A stretch of DNA of 64,000 bases from Nitrospirales bacterium (GCA_963555755.3 OY820905.2:1856001-1920000), one strand, 5' to 3'. Shown: positions 10,541 to 21,876, numbered from the stretch's first letter. The notes: generated by a model from the letters alone, not told the origin. Numbers and translations: made by a program.

Positions 10541-11494
10541 TTACGGCATTTTGGCTGTGAACCAGGTGGAGATACCCTTCATGCCATTCCGTTCGACATT
10601 CTGGCCATCCCACACTGCAAATGCTATTGGCAAACTTTGTCCCGAACGGAACTGCACATCGTTCGGATCATTTGTCGTCAATGAGCGCTTCATCACGACC
10701 CGCCAGGTTGGTCCGCTACAGCAACCACCCTTTAAGGCACCATATGGTTCCCATAACCCGTTACCCAACACATCTTGCGATGCTTGCGTCGTCAACGTAC
10801 TGAAACCAGTGGCATTCAAATCTTCCACGGAACTATTCCGCATGTCCGGATCAGACATAATGTTGCCTGACCAAATCCCAGGATTGAATGGCCCAAGGCT
10901 CCGTCCAATACGGTCTGGATAGGTCACACCACCCGCTGGTTCTTCATAATAGAAGTCCCATGCGATGGAAGGATATTGATCATCCACATCCCACATCCCA
11001 GCGACGCCACGACCCATGTCCTTTTGCCATTCCGCATTCCAGCGCCAGATGTTGACGGTTCCACCGGATTGCCCCATACATTGAAATGGTGGCGCACCAG
11101 AGGTTTGAACCGGGAATTGCACCGCAATTTGGTCACGAAAATCTTGTGGCCCAATAGTGGTGTTATTAAGGGTTTGATCACCCCAGTTAGCCCACACCGC
11201 GATCTCCTTACCATTGGTGGCTATCTTAACCATCACGGTTTTCACGGAGATATTTGGATGCATAGGTGTGGTAATGGTTTGGCCACTCAACGGCACCACA
11301 ATGCCCGGCACGGTTTCCCAAACGGGATTGGCCGCGTCCATTGGGATGGAGCCGCTAATCGTGCCCACCGGAATGGTGACCGGTTGGCTGACTGCGAGAG
11401 GCACCTGCCCGAGCGTCAACATGACACCAACTGCCAGGGCAGAGAGTAAAATGCCGAACACCAGTCCTTTGTTACGCGTCTGCACCACTCTCAT
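10541..11494 (-). CDS. EBDH-gamma-like heme-b protein, candidate nitrite oxidoreductase gamma subunit (NxrC-like)
   Basis: N-terminal signal/TM segment; FRDQIAVQFP...CMGQ...NIWRWNA...FAVWDGQNVERNGMK; next to a TorD-like chaperone. Confidence 0.8.
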   Translation of the reverse strand: MRVVQTRNKGLVFGILLSALAVGVMLTLGQVPLAVSQPVTIPVGTISGSIPMDAANPVWETVPGIVVPLSGQTITTPMHPNISVKTVMVKIATNGKEIAVWANWGDQTLNNTTIGPQDFRDQIAVQFPVQTSGAPPFQCMGQSGGTVNIWRWNAEWQKDMGRGVAGMWDVDDQYPSIAWDFYYEEPAGGVTYPDRIGRSLGPFNPGIWSGNIMSDPDMRNSSVEDLNATGFSTLTTQASQDVLGNGLWEPYGALKGGCCSGPTWRVVMKRSLTTNDPNDVQFRSGQSLPIAFAVWDGQNVERNGMKGISTWFTAKMP

Positions 11495-11590
11495 AATGAC
11501 GCATCCTCCTTTAATGAAAGATTAAAACTAAATGACTGCGGACTAAAAAACTCTTCCAATGAAAGAACACTCACTACTTTTGGACAACAA

Positions 11591-12559
11591 TTAAGCGGTC
11601 CCTGACTTACCTTGATCCTGCTCTTTATCAAGGTAAACCTGTGCGCCGACTTCATTCATCAAGAGACTTAACTCATTCCCTTTGTCCTGCGCACCACATT
11701 CAAACGACTGGCCTTCAGGATTGCTATGGATAGCAGGACGATAGTCCGTTTCTGAATACTTCTGCGGACTCACTGAAAGAAAATGTATTTCAAAATCTAC
11801 CCAGGCAGTCGTCAAGTCAGCAATACATTTATATAACCCATAATCGGCTTTATTCTTGAGCATTTCAGAAAAGAGTGGAACCCATCGTCCTATATGTTCC
11901 TTCACAAATTTCTTTTCTGCGTCAACAACGGTTTGAACTTTTTCAGGTCCGTCATGACACAATGCGTAGGATTCTTTATAGGCCAGGTAATGTAAAAACT
12001 CCAGTTCTACGGCTAAATGATCAAGGCGTTCATGAATGTCTTGTGATAACTGAAGTCCAAAGGCTGTATAGAAGCCGGAAATGTCACCCATGACATACGA
12101 TTGCCCAAACACATGGTCATTGCCAAACAAGGTTTCGTAAGGGGGACAATCTAACGCAATGACATTACTAAACACCCGACGATGTTCATCTCGCAGGTCC
12201 TGCACACTCCAGTTTACGCCCTCAGATGAAGTCCAATTTTCAACTTCATCAAAGTGCTTGGCAATCGCATCCAAGCTCTCTTGGGCTTCCTCTCCCCCAT
12301 GACTCTCTAAGACGGACCGCAGGCTTTCAAGAGCAGCCCTTCCATCTTCGACAAATTCGCCGCTTTGGAGATATTCCAAAAACTCATCGTCTTCGGGATA
12401 GAGGTAACTCCATGATAACAACAGATATATTTTGCTTCTGGAAAGAGCGCGTTCAACAGCAGGGGAATCTTTTAAAGGTGAGACCGCAGAGGTGGCAGTA
12501 TTTGGATGGCTTGCCGTGCCATTTACTTCATTTTGATCTTCTTTTAATTTTGTCGCCAT
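11591..12559 (-). CDS. TorD/DmsD-family molybdoenzyme chaperone
   Basis: Motifs PPYETLF and ERLDHLAVELEFL...HIGRWVPLF. Confidence 0.9.
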   Translation of the reverse strand: MATKLKEDQNEVNGTASHPNTATSAVSPLKDSPAVERALSRSKIYLLLSWSYLYPEDDEFLEYLQSGEFVEDGRAALESLRSVLESHGGEEAQESLDAIAKHFDEVENWTSSEGVNWSVQDLRDEHRRVFSNVIALDCPPYETLFGNDHVFGQSYVMGDISGFYTAFGLQLSQDIHERLDHLAVELEFLHYLAYKESYALCHDGPEKVQTVVDAEKKFVKEHIGRWVPLFSEMLKNKADYGLYKCIADLTTAWVDFEIHFLSVSPQKYSETDYRPAIHSNPEGQSFECGAQDKGNELSLLMNEVGAQVYLDKEQDQGKSGTA

Positions 12560-12812
12560 AGACTACCTCTCAAATTCCTCATCCGGAATAGTCTTAGCTT
12601 CTCCGCCCAACATCAGAGCTCACAACACTATCTACCCTCGCTAAAGGGAGGCCAGATAATAGGTGAACTCTATGGCGAAGTCAAGATCTAATTCCGGCAT
12701 ATCGGACCAAAAATGTAGAATTTCGTCTTGTTTTTGATGAATTTTCAGACAGGAACCCAACCTTAAAACACAACTCCTTCCTTTTTCCTTATTATCGAGA
12801 TTTTCATACAAC

Positions 12813-13460
12813 CTACAAGTCCTTGATTTGGTTAAACGATCGCATGGGCGAAACCTTAATGGCAAGACGATCATTCACACTTCCACAGACATATTCACAA
12901 ATACCACACCCCACGCATCGTGCTTCATCAATGGTGATGGTAAATGATGAAAAATCCATTTGAATCGCCTCCGTTGGGCACTTGGACACACAGGCGTGAC
13001 ACCCTGCTGGGGCAGTGCATAGTCGATGATTAACCCTGGCTATTCCCATATTGACATCAGTAATTGGGCCATTGATGGGTAGCAGCGCCTCTGTCTCACA
13101 TACCGTGATGCATGGAAGATCCTCACAGACATAACAGGGGGTGTGATCGGGAAAAATTTCAGGCCGTTCATCTTGCTTAGAGACCTGAATGCTGTCATGT
13201 GGGCACACATCAACACAGTCCCCGCATGCGGTGCACCGTTCAAGAAATAGCGACTCGTTCACAGCACCCGGAGGTCGCAACCAATCGGTCCGAACTGGAT
13301 CAGTGTGTTCTTCTTGAGGAGGTTTAGCATCACGATGTTTGATAAACTCGTGAACCGTCATTCCCAAAGAGACGGCCGACTGCTTTAAAAAATTGCGCCG
13401 TCCGTAGACTGGTTCAGTATCCGTTGATTTTCGGCCGGAAAATCGGCTCATAAATGACAT
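12813..13460 (-). CDS. NapG/MauM-like 4Fe-4S ferredoxin
   Basis: GRRNFLK twin-arginine-like motif; LRPPGA...CTACGDCVDVCP and further Cys clusters. Confidence 0.85.
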   Translation of the reverse strand: MSFMSRFSGRKSTDTEPVYGRRNFLKQSAVSLGMTVHEFIKHRDAKPPQEEHTDPVRTDWLRPPGAVNESLFLERCTACGDCVDVCPHDSIQVSKQDERPEIFPDHTPCYVCEDLPCITVCETEALLPINGPITDVNMGIARVNHRLCTAPAGCHACVSKCPTEAIQMDFSSFTITIDEARCVGCGICEYVCGSVNDRLAIKVSPMRSFNQIKDL

Positions 13461-13541
13461 TTACCTGACACTCCCGCCATTCAACCCTGCACCACAACAA
13501 AATAAAACCAGGCAAGCGACCGACCAAATGTATTCAGCTCC

Positions 13542-14540
13542 CTAGACCACCCCAGCAGCCCGAAGCTTGTACACTTCGACGCAACGATCACAGGCTCCAT
13601 ACATGGTATCCCAGCCTGGATGATTTTCTCGAATAAAATCGAGGACGTACGGTTCGAGATTTTCATCTAAATCCTCCACCCAGGAATAGGTGGGAAAGCG
13701 ACAAAGCGGGCAAGGAAAGCCCGGCGTGAGTATGGGTTTTGTGGGTACATCAGGAACCTCGCTGTCGCCAACCTCAACAGCACGCTCGATGACTCGACCA
13801 GTATCTTGAGCCATTTCAACGAGTTCAGCATGGGTGAAGTAATCGGTTCCCCACAGTCCTTCGAACACGGATTCCACTTGAGTCGCAGGTATTTTTCGAT
13901 ACCACGACCGAAATTCTCGCAACCGATATTCACGAGTGAACATAGGTTCTTTGCCCGATTGCGCAATCCGACTATCGATGTGCAGACTCCACAAAACTCG
14001 ATATCGATTAAGAATAAGATGCTCTTCCCCTGGATTCAACCCGACTTTCGTGTCAGGGTCATAGCCATACGCCGGATCCAACATATCGGAAATGTGCGTG
14101 AGTTCATGGCGAAGGTATCGATTAATCGCTGGATCATAGAACCGACGGGGAACCAATTTAATACCCACCCCCCTGAGCCCTTTTTCCTCAAACTTCCGCG
14201 CAAGCTTCGCTTCGACAATGCCCCATTTTCGAAGGATGTCCACCCCTTCCTGGTCCTCTTTGAGCACGCCACGCACCAAGACAATACCAATTTTCTCTTC
14301 TAAATCTGGGAATTCCTTAAACCCATCACGGAGAATATCGGCAAACCCCCATTTGGCAAACAAATATTGATACAACGTTTTAAATTCCGGTTCGCGATCA
14401 TCAAGAGCAAACTTTTCATAAATGGGGTCAGCCACTTCATGAAACTCATTAAAATAGGTAGGGTCCCCTTCCCGTTCGGTTTTTTCAGCGAACGAGTCAA
14501 TGACTTCTTGAAGAAGGGCTGGTTGAAAGCGTGTTTCCAT
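13542..14540 (-). CDS. hypothetical protein with an HExxH motif and C-terminal CxxC pairs
   Basis: 332-aa ORF with RBS; LRHELTH, CPLC...CDRC. Confidence 0.7.
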   Translation of the reverse strand: METRFQPALLQEVIDSFAEKTEREGDPTYFNEFHEVADPIYEKFALDDREPEFKTLYQYLFAKWGFADILRDGFKEFPDLEEKIGIVLVRGVLKEDQEGVDILRKWGIVEAKLARKFEEKGLRGVGIKLVPRRFYDPAINRYLRHELTHISDMLDPAYGYDPDTKVGLNPGEEHLILNRYRVLWSLHIDSRIAQSGKEPMFTREYRLREFRSWYRKIPATQVESVFEGLWGTDYFTHAELVEMAQDTGRVIERAVEVGDSEVPDVPTKPILTPGFPCPLCRFPTYSWVEDLDENLEPYVLDFIRENHPGWDTMYGACDRCVEVYKLRAAGVV

Positions 14541-14592
14541 AAATCAACTCCTTAGTACTCGACAACGAACGAAAAATTTGGCCCATCCACTT

Positions 14593-14772
14593 AGGACCTG
14601 AGAGAAAATACCTTGGGCATATCGCGCCAAGATTTGGGTCGGATTTGGACGGAACGATTGAGAAACACCCGAGGCATAGCACAGCTATGGTGTAGGTGTG
14701 TCGATTGAGGCCCGTTCAAAGATGGCCCGAAGATTGGATGCGAGATGTCCAAGTTATTTTCTCTCAGGTCCT
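14593..14772. mobile_element. MITE family B copy 1
   Basis: TIRs aggacctgagagaaaata / tattttctctcaggtcct; further copies at 49579 and 58466. Confidence 0.85.
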
Positions 14773-14961
14773 TAACAATTTCACGACCCAAAAACCAGTC
14801 GTCATTCTGCGTATAACGCCTTGATATACTTAACCTTGACGCCACGTTTCGTCGCTAGCTAGTATCTCTTCGGGGCCATGTTAAAGCCATTATAGTCACC
14901 CCTACTTTTCATTCGCAAGGAACATACTGACGCATTCAATCAGCGAAAGGACTACCCTCAT

Positions 14962-16077
14962 ATGGATCACATGAACCTATCTTCTGTCGGCACTGAACCG
15001 ACCCATCAGCCCATGCAGCCCATGGAACAACCATCACCCCTCCCACCACCTATTGATGCCCTGAGCTATTGGAAGGCCGGCACGCATGAGGTCAAAACAT
15101 TCCGTGGACATTCGCAAGGAGTGTGGAGCGTGGGGTATTCCCCGGACGGTCTCACCTTAGCCAGTGGAGGCGCCGATCGACATCTCCGACTCTGGGAGAT
15201 AGAGACAGGACGGCTGATTCGATCTCTTCGAGGGCATACACATGATATCCGGCAAGTCGCCTTCAGCCCGGATGGACAAATTCTCGCAACGGCCAGTGAA
15301 GATCGCACGATTCGCCTATGGAATCCCCAGACAGGCGAAACCACCAGGCTTCTCTTTACACGCTATGATCATGCGGTGTGCAGCATCTCGTTTTCCCCCG
15401 ATGGACTCATGTTAGCTCGTGCCGGACAAAATAAGGATATTAAAATTTGGGAGGTGACTACGGGGACAGAACTCATGTCCCTCCTCGGAAAAGATCAATA
15501 TGACCACAATTGGACCGTCTGTACCGCATTCTCACCCGATGGGATTCATCTTGTTGGGGGAAGCGACATTGGAAAGTTGAAGCTATACGAAGTCCTTCCC
15601 AGTGGTGAAGAAATAACCGTATGTCTTGGGCATTGGCTAGACGAACCCGATGATGAAGAAACCGAACATCGCGGTTTTTTTGTTGACGATCATGGTGGGT
15701 TCCAAAAGCCCATGGAATATTGGATCGGAGCCATTATCTTTTCGCAGGACGGAAAGCAGATTATCACAGGAGGACGAGACGCCACGCTTAAATATTGGGA
15801 CGTGCCAGACATGAAAGAAATCCGAACGGTGAAGGGGCATACGGAATGGATTCGATGCCTGATCCTCTCCCCGGACGGAAAGATGCTCGTGAGCGCCAGC
15901 GAGGACCACACCATCAAAATGTGGAATGTAGAAACAGGGCGGCAGGTTCAAACTCTAAAGGGACACACCGGAGGCGTTCGGGGCATTTCATTTTCTCCGG
16001 ACGGACGATATTTAGCCAGCGCGTCGTACGATCGAACGGTTCGGCTTTGGAAAGGTGGCGAGACATTTGACGATTAG
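14962..16077 (+). CDS. WD40-repeat protein
   Basis: Repeated GH...V..VAFSPDG..LASASEDRTIRLW units. Confidence 0.92.
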   Translation: MDHMNLSSVGTEPTHQPMQPMEQPSPLPPPIDALSYWKAGTHEVKTFRGHSQGVWSVGYSPDGLTLASGGADRHLRLWEIETGRLIRSLRGHTHDIRQVAFSPDGQILATASEDRTIRLWNPQTGETTRLLFTRYDHAVCSISFSPDGLMLARAGQNKDIKIWEVTTGTELMSLLGKDQYDHNWTVCTAFSPDGIHLVGGSDIGKLKLYEVLPSGEEITVCLGHWLDEPDDEETEHRGFFVDDHGGFQKPMEYWIGAIIFSQDGKQIITGGRDATLKYWDVPDMKEIRTVKGHTEWIRCLILSPDGKMLVSASEDHTIKMWNVETGRQVQTLKGHTGGVRGISFSPDGRYLASASYDRTVRLWKGGETFDD

Positions 16078-16090
16078 GGCTTAGAATTGT

Positions 16091-16257
16091 AACTACTCAG
16101 GTGGATAGGCCGAAGGCTAAAGGCTGAAGGCTTTTATAGGAAGCAATCACGCGTGCAAAACCTCGGACATTATAAGTATTAGCCTCCAGTCTTCAGCCTT
16201 TATCCTTCAGTCTTTAGCCTTTAGCCTTCAGCCTTCGGCCTATCCACCTCAGTAGTT
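16091..16257. repeat. long inverted repeat with internal 7-nt periodic units, between convergent genes
   Basis: aactactcaggtggataggccgaaggct ... agccttcggcctatccacctcagtagtt; heptamers ggctgaa/ttcagcc. Confidence 0.75.
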
Positions 16258-16266
16258 TCGAATTCT

Positions 16267-17727
16267 TTATTCTTCCTGGGCCTCTGATTCCTTCGGATCA
16301 GATATTCCGTAGCGCTTACACTTCTCCCAGAGGGCTTTGCGAGACAAGCCAAGGGCTTTCGCTGTACCGGTTCGGCTCCAATCCCCACGATTGAGTAATT
16401 CCAGGACATATTCACGTTCAAATTGCTCTCGGGCTTCCGCAAGGGTTCCACCCGTTGACACCGTCAAAGACAGAGTGGATCGTGTCTGGCCTCTACTCAG
16501 CCCTTCCTGACAGAATCCACACCACTCCTGAACGGGTCCACCTAAAAACGGACACCCTTGATGCCCGCAAAGATCCCACACCTCAATTTCTTTCCGGTCC
16601 TGGGACAAGGCCACAGCCCGCTCGATGGTATTTTCTAATTCCCGAACATTGCCCGGAAAAGAATACCGCAACAAGACTTCCTTCGATTGAGGCGAAAACC
16701 CTTTGGCCGCACAGTTGTTCCGGGCAAGGCAAACCTTTAATGAATGATCCCCCAACACCAAAATATCTTCTTTTCGTTCCCGCAAGGGAGGCAACCGCAC
16801 TTCCAAAACATGAAGCCGATAATACAGATCCTCCCGAAACCGTCCTTCTTCGACTTCTTTTTTCAAATCTTTTTGCGTCGCACACACCAGCCGAACATCG
16901 CTTTCAATCGTTTCCATCCCCCCGACTCGTTCAAATTGCCGTTCCTGAATCACCCGCAAGAGCTTCACCTGCACCAGTGAGGAAATTTCTCCGATTTCAT
17001 CTAAAAACAGCGTGCCTTTATGCGCCAATTCAAACCGCCCCCGACGCTGTTTGACCGCACCAGTAAACGCGCCTTTTTCATGGCCAAATAATTCCGCTTC
17101 AAGAAGGGTTTCCGGCAACGCCGCGCAACTGACTTTGATCAACGCGTGTTCCCGACGGGGACTGTTGCGATGAATAGCATTCGCAAACACTTCCTTGCCG
17201 GTTCCACTTTCTCCCATGATCAGGACCGTCGCATCAGTTGTCGACATGAGTTTCACTTTTTCGATCACATGCCGCATCTGTTCATTTTTGCCCACAATGC
17301 CCTCAAAACTAAACTTGCCTTCTAATTCCTGCCGCAGCGAGATATTTTCCTGGCGCAGCGCCACGACTTTGGTGGCACGATCCACGGTCAATAACAGTTC
17401 ATCCATGGAGAAGGGCTTGGTGATGTAATCATAGGCGCCCAGCTTCATGGCTTGGACAGCCGTTTCCACCGAACCGTGCGCAGTGATCACAATCACTTCC
17501 GTATCCGGAGAACTCTCCTTGCAAGCTTGGACCACTTGCAGACCATCGCTTCCAGGCATGCGCAAATCCGTGATGACAAGATCGTATCGCCTTGCCCGAA
17601 CCTGCTTGACACCTCCATCGCCCGTCGAGGCGGCCTGAACGTCATAACCTACCGCCTTGAGCGCATCCGCCATGGACAGGCGCATGAGCGGTTCGTCATC
17701 AATAATCAACACCGAACGGTCGCTCAT
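16267..17727 (-). CDS. sigma54-dependent response regulator (NtrC family)
   Basis: Receiver domain (DDE...DLRMP), [14 protein letters not shown] and a C-terminal Fis-type HTH. Confidence 0.95.
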   Translation of the reverse strand: MSDRSVLIIDDEPLMRLSMADALKAVGYDVQAASTGDGGVKQVRARRYDLVITDLRMPGSDGLQVVQACKESSPDTEVIVITAHGSVETAVQAMKLGAYDYITKPFSMDELLLTVDRATKVVALRQENISLRQELEGKFSFEGIVGKNEQMRHVIEKVKLMSTTDATVLIMGESGTGKEVFANAIHRNSPRREHALIKVSCAALPETLLEAELFGHEKGAFTGAVKQRRGRFELAHKGTLFLDEIGEISSLVQVKLLRVIQERQFERVGGMETIESDVRLVCATQKDLKKEVEEGRFREDLYYRLHVLEVRLPPLRERKEDILVLGDHSLKVCLARNNCAAKGFSPQSKEVLLRYSFPGNVRELENTIERAVALSQDRKEIEVWDLCGHQGCPFLGGPVQEWCGFCQEGLSRGQTRSTLSLTVSTGGTLAEAREQFEREYVLELLNRGDWSRTGTAKALGLSRKALWEKCKRYGISDPKESEAQEE

Positions 17728-20700
17728 GAGACCCTCGCCGTCGACACACGCGTGGCACTACACGGCAGCTTGACCGTAAAGACAGTCCCATGGCCTTCTT
17801 CGCTTTCCACCGACAATTGTCCGCCATGTCGCTCCACAATCCCCAGGCTCACAGACAAACCCAACCCCGTACCTTCACCCGTGCGTTTCGTCGTAAAAAA
17901 TGGATCGAAGATATGTGGGCGAACATCCGCGGCAATACCCGAACCTGTATCGGCAACCTCGATCTCGCACATCTTTCCCACGACGTGTGTGCGTAACGTA
18001 ATCATCCCCCCTTGTTTCGTGGCCTGAATGGCATTGAGCAGCAGATTGGTAATCACTTGTTCAATCATATGCGGGTCAACAAACAACGAGGGTAAGTCCG
18101 GGGCCAAATCTTTTTCGAGCTGCAACCCTTTCTCAATAATCGCATGATTGGTGAGCACCAGAACCCGATCAATGAGCACATTGATTGCACTCATCGTAAA
18201 TTCCGGTTCATGTTGCTGAGAAAAATCGAGCAATTGCCGAACGATCTTCTGCGCCCTCCGAAGACCATCCTCCATATACATGAGGTATTCCTCTTGTCGC
18301 TCCGGCGCCAAGGTGCCTTTTCGAATGTTATACAGACAGTTCAGAATTCCCCCCAACGGATTATTAATTTCATGGGCAACCCCAGCCGCCAATTTCCCCA
18401 CTGACGCAAGCCGTTCGGTATTGCGAATGTGTTGTTCCATACTTTTCCGATCGGTGATATCGCGAGCAATCCCCAGGACACCCACCACAGTATCCTGGTC
18501 ATTGCGAAGCGGAGAGACACTCACCAACACTGATCGAGTTTCCCCCGTCCGGCTCATCACTTCAATTTCATATTCCTGTTTGACCGGCATGTTCAAAATT
18601 TCTTTCAGACGTCGCCCACGATGTCGCTTGGACAACAGGCTCAGAAAGGGCCGCCCGAGCAAGTCCTCTTTCTGATACCCCCAGATTTCGACCTTGCCAT
18701 TGACGTAGGTAAAACACTGATCATGATCTAACGTATAAATCACATCGTTGGCATTTTCCAAGAGACTTTCCAAATATAACTTGGTGCGTTGAATTTCCAA
18801 GGTCCGTTCCTGAACTTTTTCCTCTAATTCTTCACTGTAACGTTGAAGCCGGGCCTCTAATTGTTTCCGCTCCGTAATATCCCGGAGTTGGACCATCACA
18901 ACGATGGTCGTTTCCTGTTCCACTCGAATGAGATCCATTTCTACAGACAGTAACCGGTGCTCCGCATCATAGACCTCGATCTCCGTGGTCGAAACTTTTT
19001 CTTCACCCGAGACAACGGTACGTAATAGCCCAATCGTTAGCTGGCGAAACGATTCAGATACCACATCAGTCAACGGGTGATGAATCAATGCCGATTCCGG
19101 ATAGCCCAAGACTTCCTGCTCCCGCTCATTCACCGCAACGATGATTCCATCGGAATCCACCATCAAAATCGAATCAGCCGAACGGTTAAACAAGACACGA
19201 TATCGCTTCTCCGACTGTGACAATTGCTGGGTTTGGACAGACACTTCTTCTTCCAATTTTGACGTGTATTGTTCGATCTGGTGTTGCAGCGCCTTGCGTT
19301 CCGTCACATCCCGCACAAAAGCCCGCGTATACACGAGTTCGCCAGAATCAGTGTCAACCAGAGCCGTGGAGTGAATCTCCACATCAATAAATGCACCTTC
19401 ACGTGTCACAAACACTGTTTCAAGTGTTCCTTCCCGTTGATGGGATAAACGTTGAAAATACTCTAATATTTCCGGTCGCTTGTCAGGCGGCGTGATATCC
19501 CACAAATACTTATCCAACATGTCTTCCAGCGAATAGCCAAGTTTCTCGAGCTCAGTCTCATTGACATGAACGAATCGACCGGTTTTGTCGATCTGATGAA
19601 TCATTTCCGGCGAGTTCTCGATTAAGTCCCGATACCGTTCCTCTAACTGACGAATCTCACCCATCTGGTCGTTGAGTTGCGCAAAAGACTGTTTCAGATT
19701 CGTGGCCATTTTATTAAACGCGTTGGCCAAATCTTCAATCTCATCACCCGTCGGAAGAATGAGATGGTGATCCAAGTTACCGCTTCCGATTCGCTGCACA
19801 CCATCCCGCAACGTTTGGATCGGACTCACGATTCGCCGTGCCACGAAAATACCCGCCAGCCATAAAATGCCGAACACGATAATCCCGTATGTCGCCACTT
19901 TGATGAGCATTTGATTCAATGGGGCGTAGGTCTCACGAGGATCCTGCCGAACATAGATCACCCAATGACGACCGCCAAAACTCTCGGGCGCTAACGGGTC
20001 AGCCATGCGCAACCGCGCAAATCCCACAATCGAATCCTGAGCCCCATGCGAATCTCGTTCGGCTTGCACCCAGCCAACAGAGGTTTCCTCAATAGCCGCG
20101 ACAAGTGACGGTTGAAGAAGATGCCGTTCAAGTGAGAGAACCGGACAGATCAACGGAGTCCCATCACTGGACATGAGCATCGCATGCCCGGTCGAACCAG
20201 CCGTGACTTCGGAAATGGATCGGTATAATGAATCGCGCCGCAACAAAATACTTACGGTGCCAACCGCACGAACCCGCTGTGAATCAAGGATTGGGACCGC
20301 CACATTGAGAACATGTGTCCCAAATGACGGGTCAAAGGACAGCTCACTCACATACAGTTGCCCGGCCCCCTGATGAAACGCCGCCTTCCACCATTCACTT
20401 TCGCCATGGAAAAACTGAACTTGGGGTAGTGAACTCAAGACAATGGCACCTTGATTATCCGTCACCAAGATTCCAAGGTAGTCGGACTTCCGAACCGCAT
20501 GCCAATCCATCAAATAATTCGTCGCAATCTGGTTGACAAACACGGGAAATTCATCAGGGTCCTGACGTTGCCGCCACCGCTGCCGCCATTCCTCGATAAT
20601 CGCCTTGATCTTTTCTGCCTCCCGGCCTTCATAACTACGATTCGCCTCCGTCACTGCGGTCCGGATAAATGGAAGGGTGGCCAATTGCTGCGCTTCATTG

Positions 20701-20903
20701 ATCCCGCGCATAATCTGAGTCTCAATTTTTCTGGCAACTTCAACGGCAATGCCTTTGAAATTTGAACCGCTCGTCTCGCGCAGAGCTCGACGCTCTTCAA
20801 CATAGGTGAGGATCAAAGAAAGGAGGAGCGGGAGAAGACCCACTAGCACCATCCCAAGGATAGTTTTCCGTTGAATGCTCTGTGACCACTTCCACCGTTT
20901 CAT
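17724..20903 (-). CDS. sensor histidine kinase (periplasmic Cache-like domain, HAMP, three PAS)
   Basis: Two TM segments, HAMP (GDEIEDLANAFNKM), PAS repeats, H-box AHEINNPL, and N/G boxes. Confidence 0.93.
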   Translation of the reverse strand: MKRWKWSQSIQRKTILGMVLVGLLPLLLSLILTYVEERRALRETSGSNFKGIAVEVARKIETQIMRGINEAQQLATLPFIRTAVTEANRSYEGREAEKIKAIIEEWRQRWRQRQDPDEFPVFVNQIATNYLMDWHAVRKSDYLGILVTDNQGAIVLSSLPQVQFFHGESEWWKAAFHQGAGQLYVSELSFDPSFGTHVLNVAVPILDSQRVRAVGTVSILLRRDSLYRSISEVTAGSTGHAMLMSSDGTPLICPVLSLERHLLQPSLVAAIEETSVGWVQAERDSHGAQDSIVGFARLRMADPLAPESFGGRHWVIYVRQDPRETYAPLNQMLIKVATYGIIVFGILWLAGIFVARRIVSPIQTLRDGVQRIGSGNLDHHLILPTGDEIEDLANAFNKMATNLKQSFAQLNDQMGEIRQLEERYRDLIENSPEMIHQIDKTGRFVHVNETELEKLGYSLEDMLDKYLWDITPPDKRPEILEYFQRLSHQREGTLETVFVTREGAFIDVEIHSTALVDTDSGELVYTRAFVRDVTERKALQHQIEQYTSKLEEEVSVQTQQLSQSEKRYRVLFNRSADSILMVDSDGIIVAVNEREQEVLGYPESALIHHPLTDVVSESFRQLTIGLLRTVVSGEEKVSTTEIEVYDAEHRLLSVEMDLIRVEQETTIVVMVQLRDITERKQLEARLQRYSEELEEKVQERTLEIQRTKLYLESLLENANDVIYTLDHDQCFTYVNGKVEIWGYQKEDLLGRPFLSLLSKRHRGRRLKEILNMPVKQEYEIEVMSRTGETRSVLVSVSPLRNDQDTVVGVLGIARDITDRKSMEQHIRNTERLASVGKLAAGVAHEINNPLGGILNCLYNIRKGTLAPERQEEYLMYMEDGLRRAQKIVRQLLDFSQQHEPEFTMSAINVLIDRVLVLTNHAIIEKGLQLEKDLAPDLPSLFVDPHMIEQVITNLLLNAIQATKQGGMITLRTHVVGKMCEIEVADTGSGIAADVRPHIFDPFFTTKRTGEGTGLGLSVSLGIVERHGGQLSVESEEGHGTVFTVKLPCSATRVSTARVS

Positions 20904-21876
20904 TTTGGTAACACGTATCCCAAGTGGAAAGTATAAGTTATTAATTTTCCAGTGAATTTTTTCAGGGAGATCTAACCCTTGTCAAGGATTGGGCTTCATT
21001 GGACAGAGCAATCAGGCAGGGTGTTGAAAAATTAAAAAACCCTCAGAAGCCGTTCATGGCTTCATGAGGAACGCAAATCACCAGTTGGCGGTACAGAATG
21101 CGCAGCAGCCCCCATCAGCGCCAGAAACTCGAACGGCTGTGTCGCGACATCACGCGCCCGGCCTTGGGCCACAAACGCCTGCGCCGCACCCCGGCCGGTG
21201 AGGTCGTGTTGCAACTCAAAACCCCGTACCGCGATGGTACCACCCATCTGGTGATGACCCCGCTGGAATTCCTGCAACGCCTCGCGGCCCTCGTCCCACG
21301 TCCCCGGCTCCATCTCATTCGCTTCCACGTGCTGGCACCCAACGCAGCCCTGCGCTCCCAGATCGTGCCCGGCGAGGCCGACCAGGCGACGGACACCACC
21401 GATGGGGACGGCGAGCTCTCCTCGGCCACAACGCGGACCCGCCTGCGTTCGGCGCAATTACTCAAACGCGTGTTCGCCATCGACATTACCACCTGTCCGC
21501 AGTGCGGCGGGACGTTGACCATCCTCGCGGCGATCGAGGATCCTGCGGTGATCGTCAAGATTTTGAGCCACCTGGGCTTGTCTACCCGCGCTCCACCACG
21601 AGCCCCGGCCCGGCTCGACGCGTTCATGCAGACAGCCTAATCTCCCCCCTGGATTCCGGTTCAGTTCCCGAACCGACACTCCCCCTTTGCCCAATTCCCC
21701 CACTCACACCCACAATGGAGCGACAGGCTGGCCCGATCCTGGAAAAATGGGCCGGTCAGACCCTCCTCCTTGGATGCACACCCACATTTCAGACGGCGGA
21801 GTCTGCGGATTAACCCTTCACCGAGTTCTTTGGTACTTTCCTCTCCAGTCAAAAAGGCCTTTTAAAATTCCTATTC
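20903..21876 (+). repeat. copy 1 of a ~0.96-kb direct repeat (kinase upstream region plus IS91/ISCR remnant)
   Basis: The sequence beginning ttttggtaacacgtatcccaag recurs at 26897-27860. Confidence 0.85.
21098..21640 (+). pseudogene. IS91/ISCR-family (Y2) transposase, C-terminal fragment
   Basis: LKTPYRDGTTHLVMTPLEFLQRLAALVPRPRLHLIRFH...CPQCGG...IEDPAVIVKILSHLG; N-terminus missing. Confidence 0.8.
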
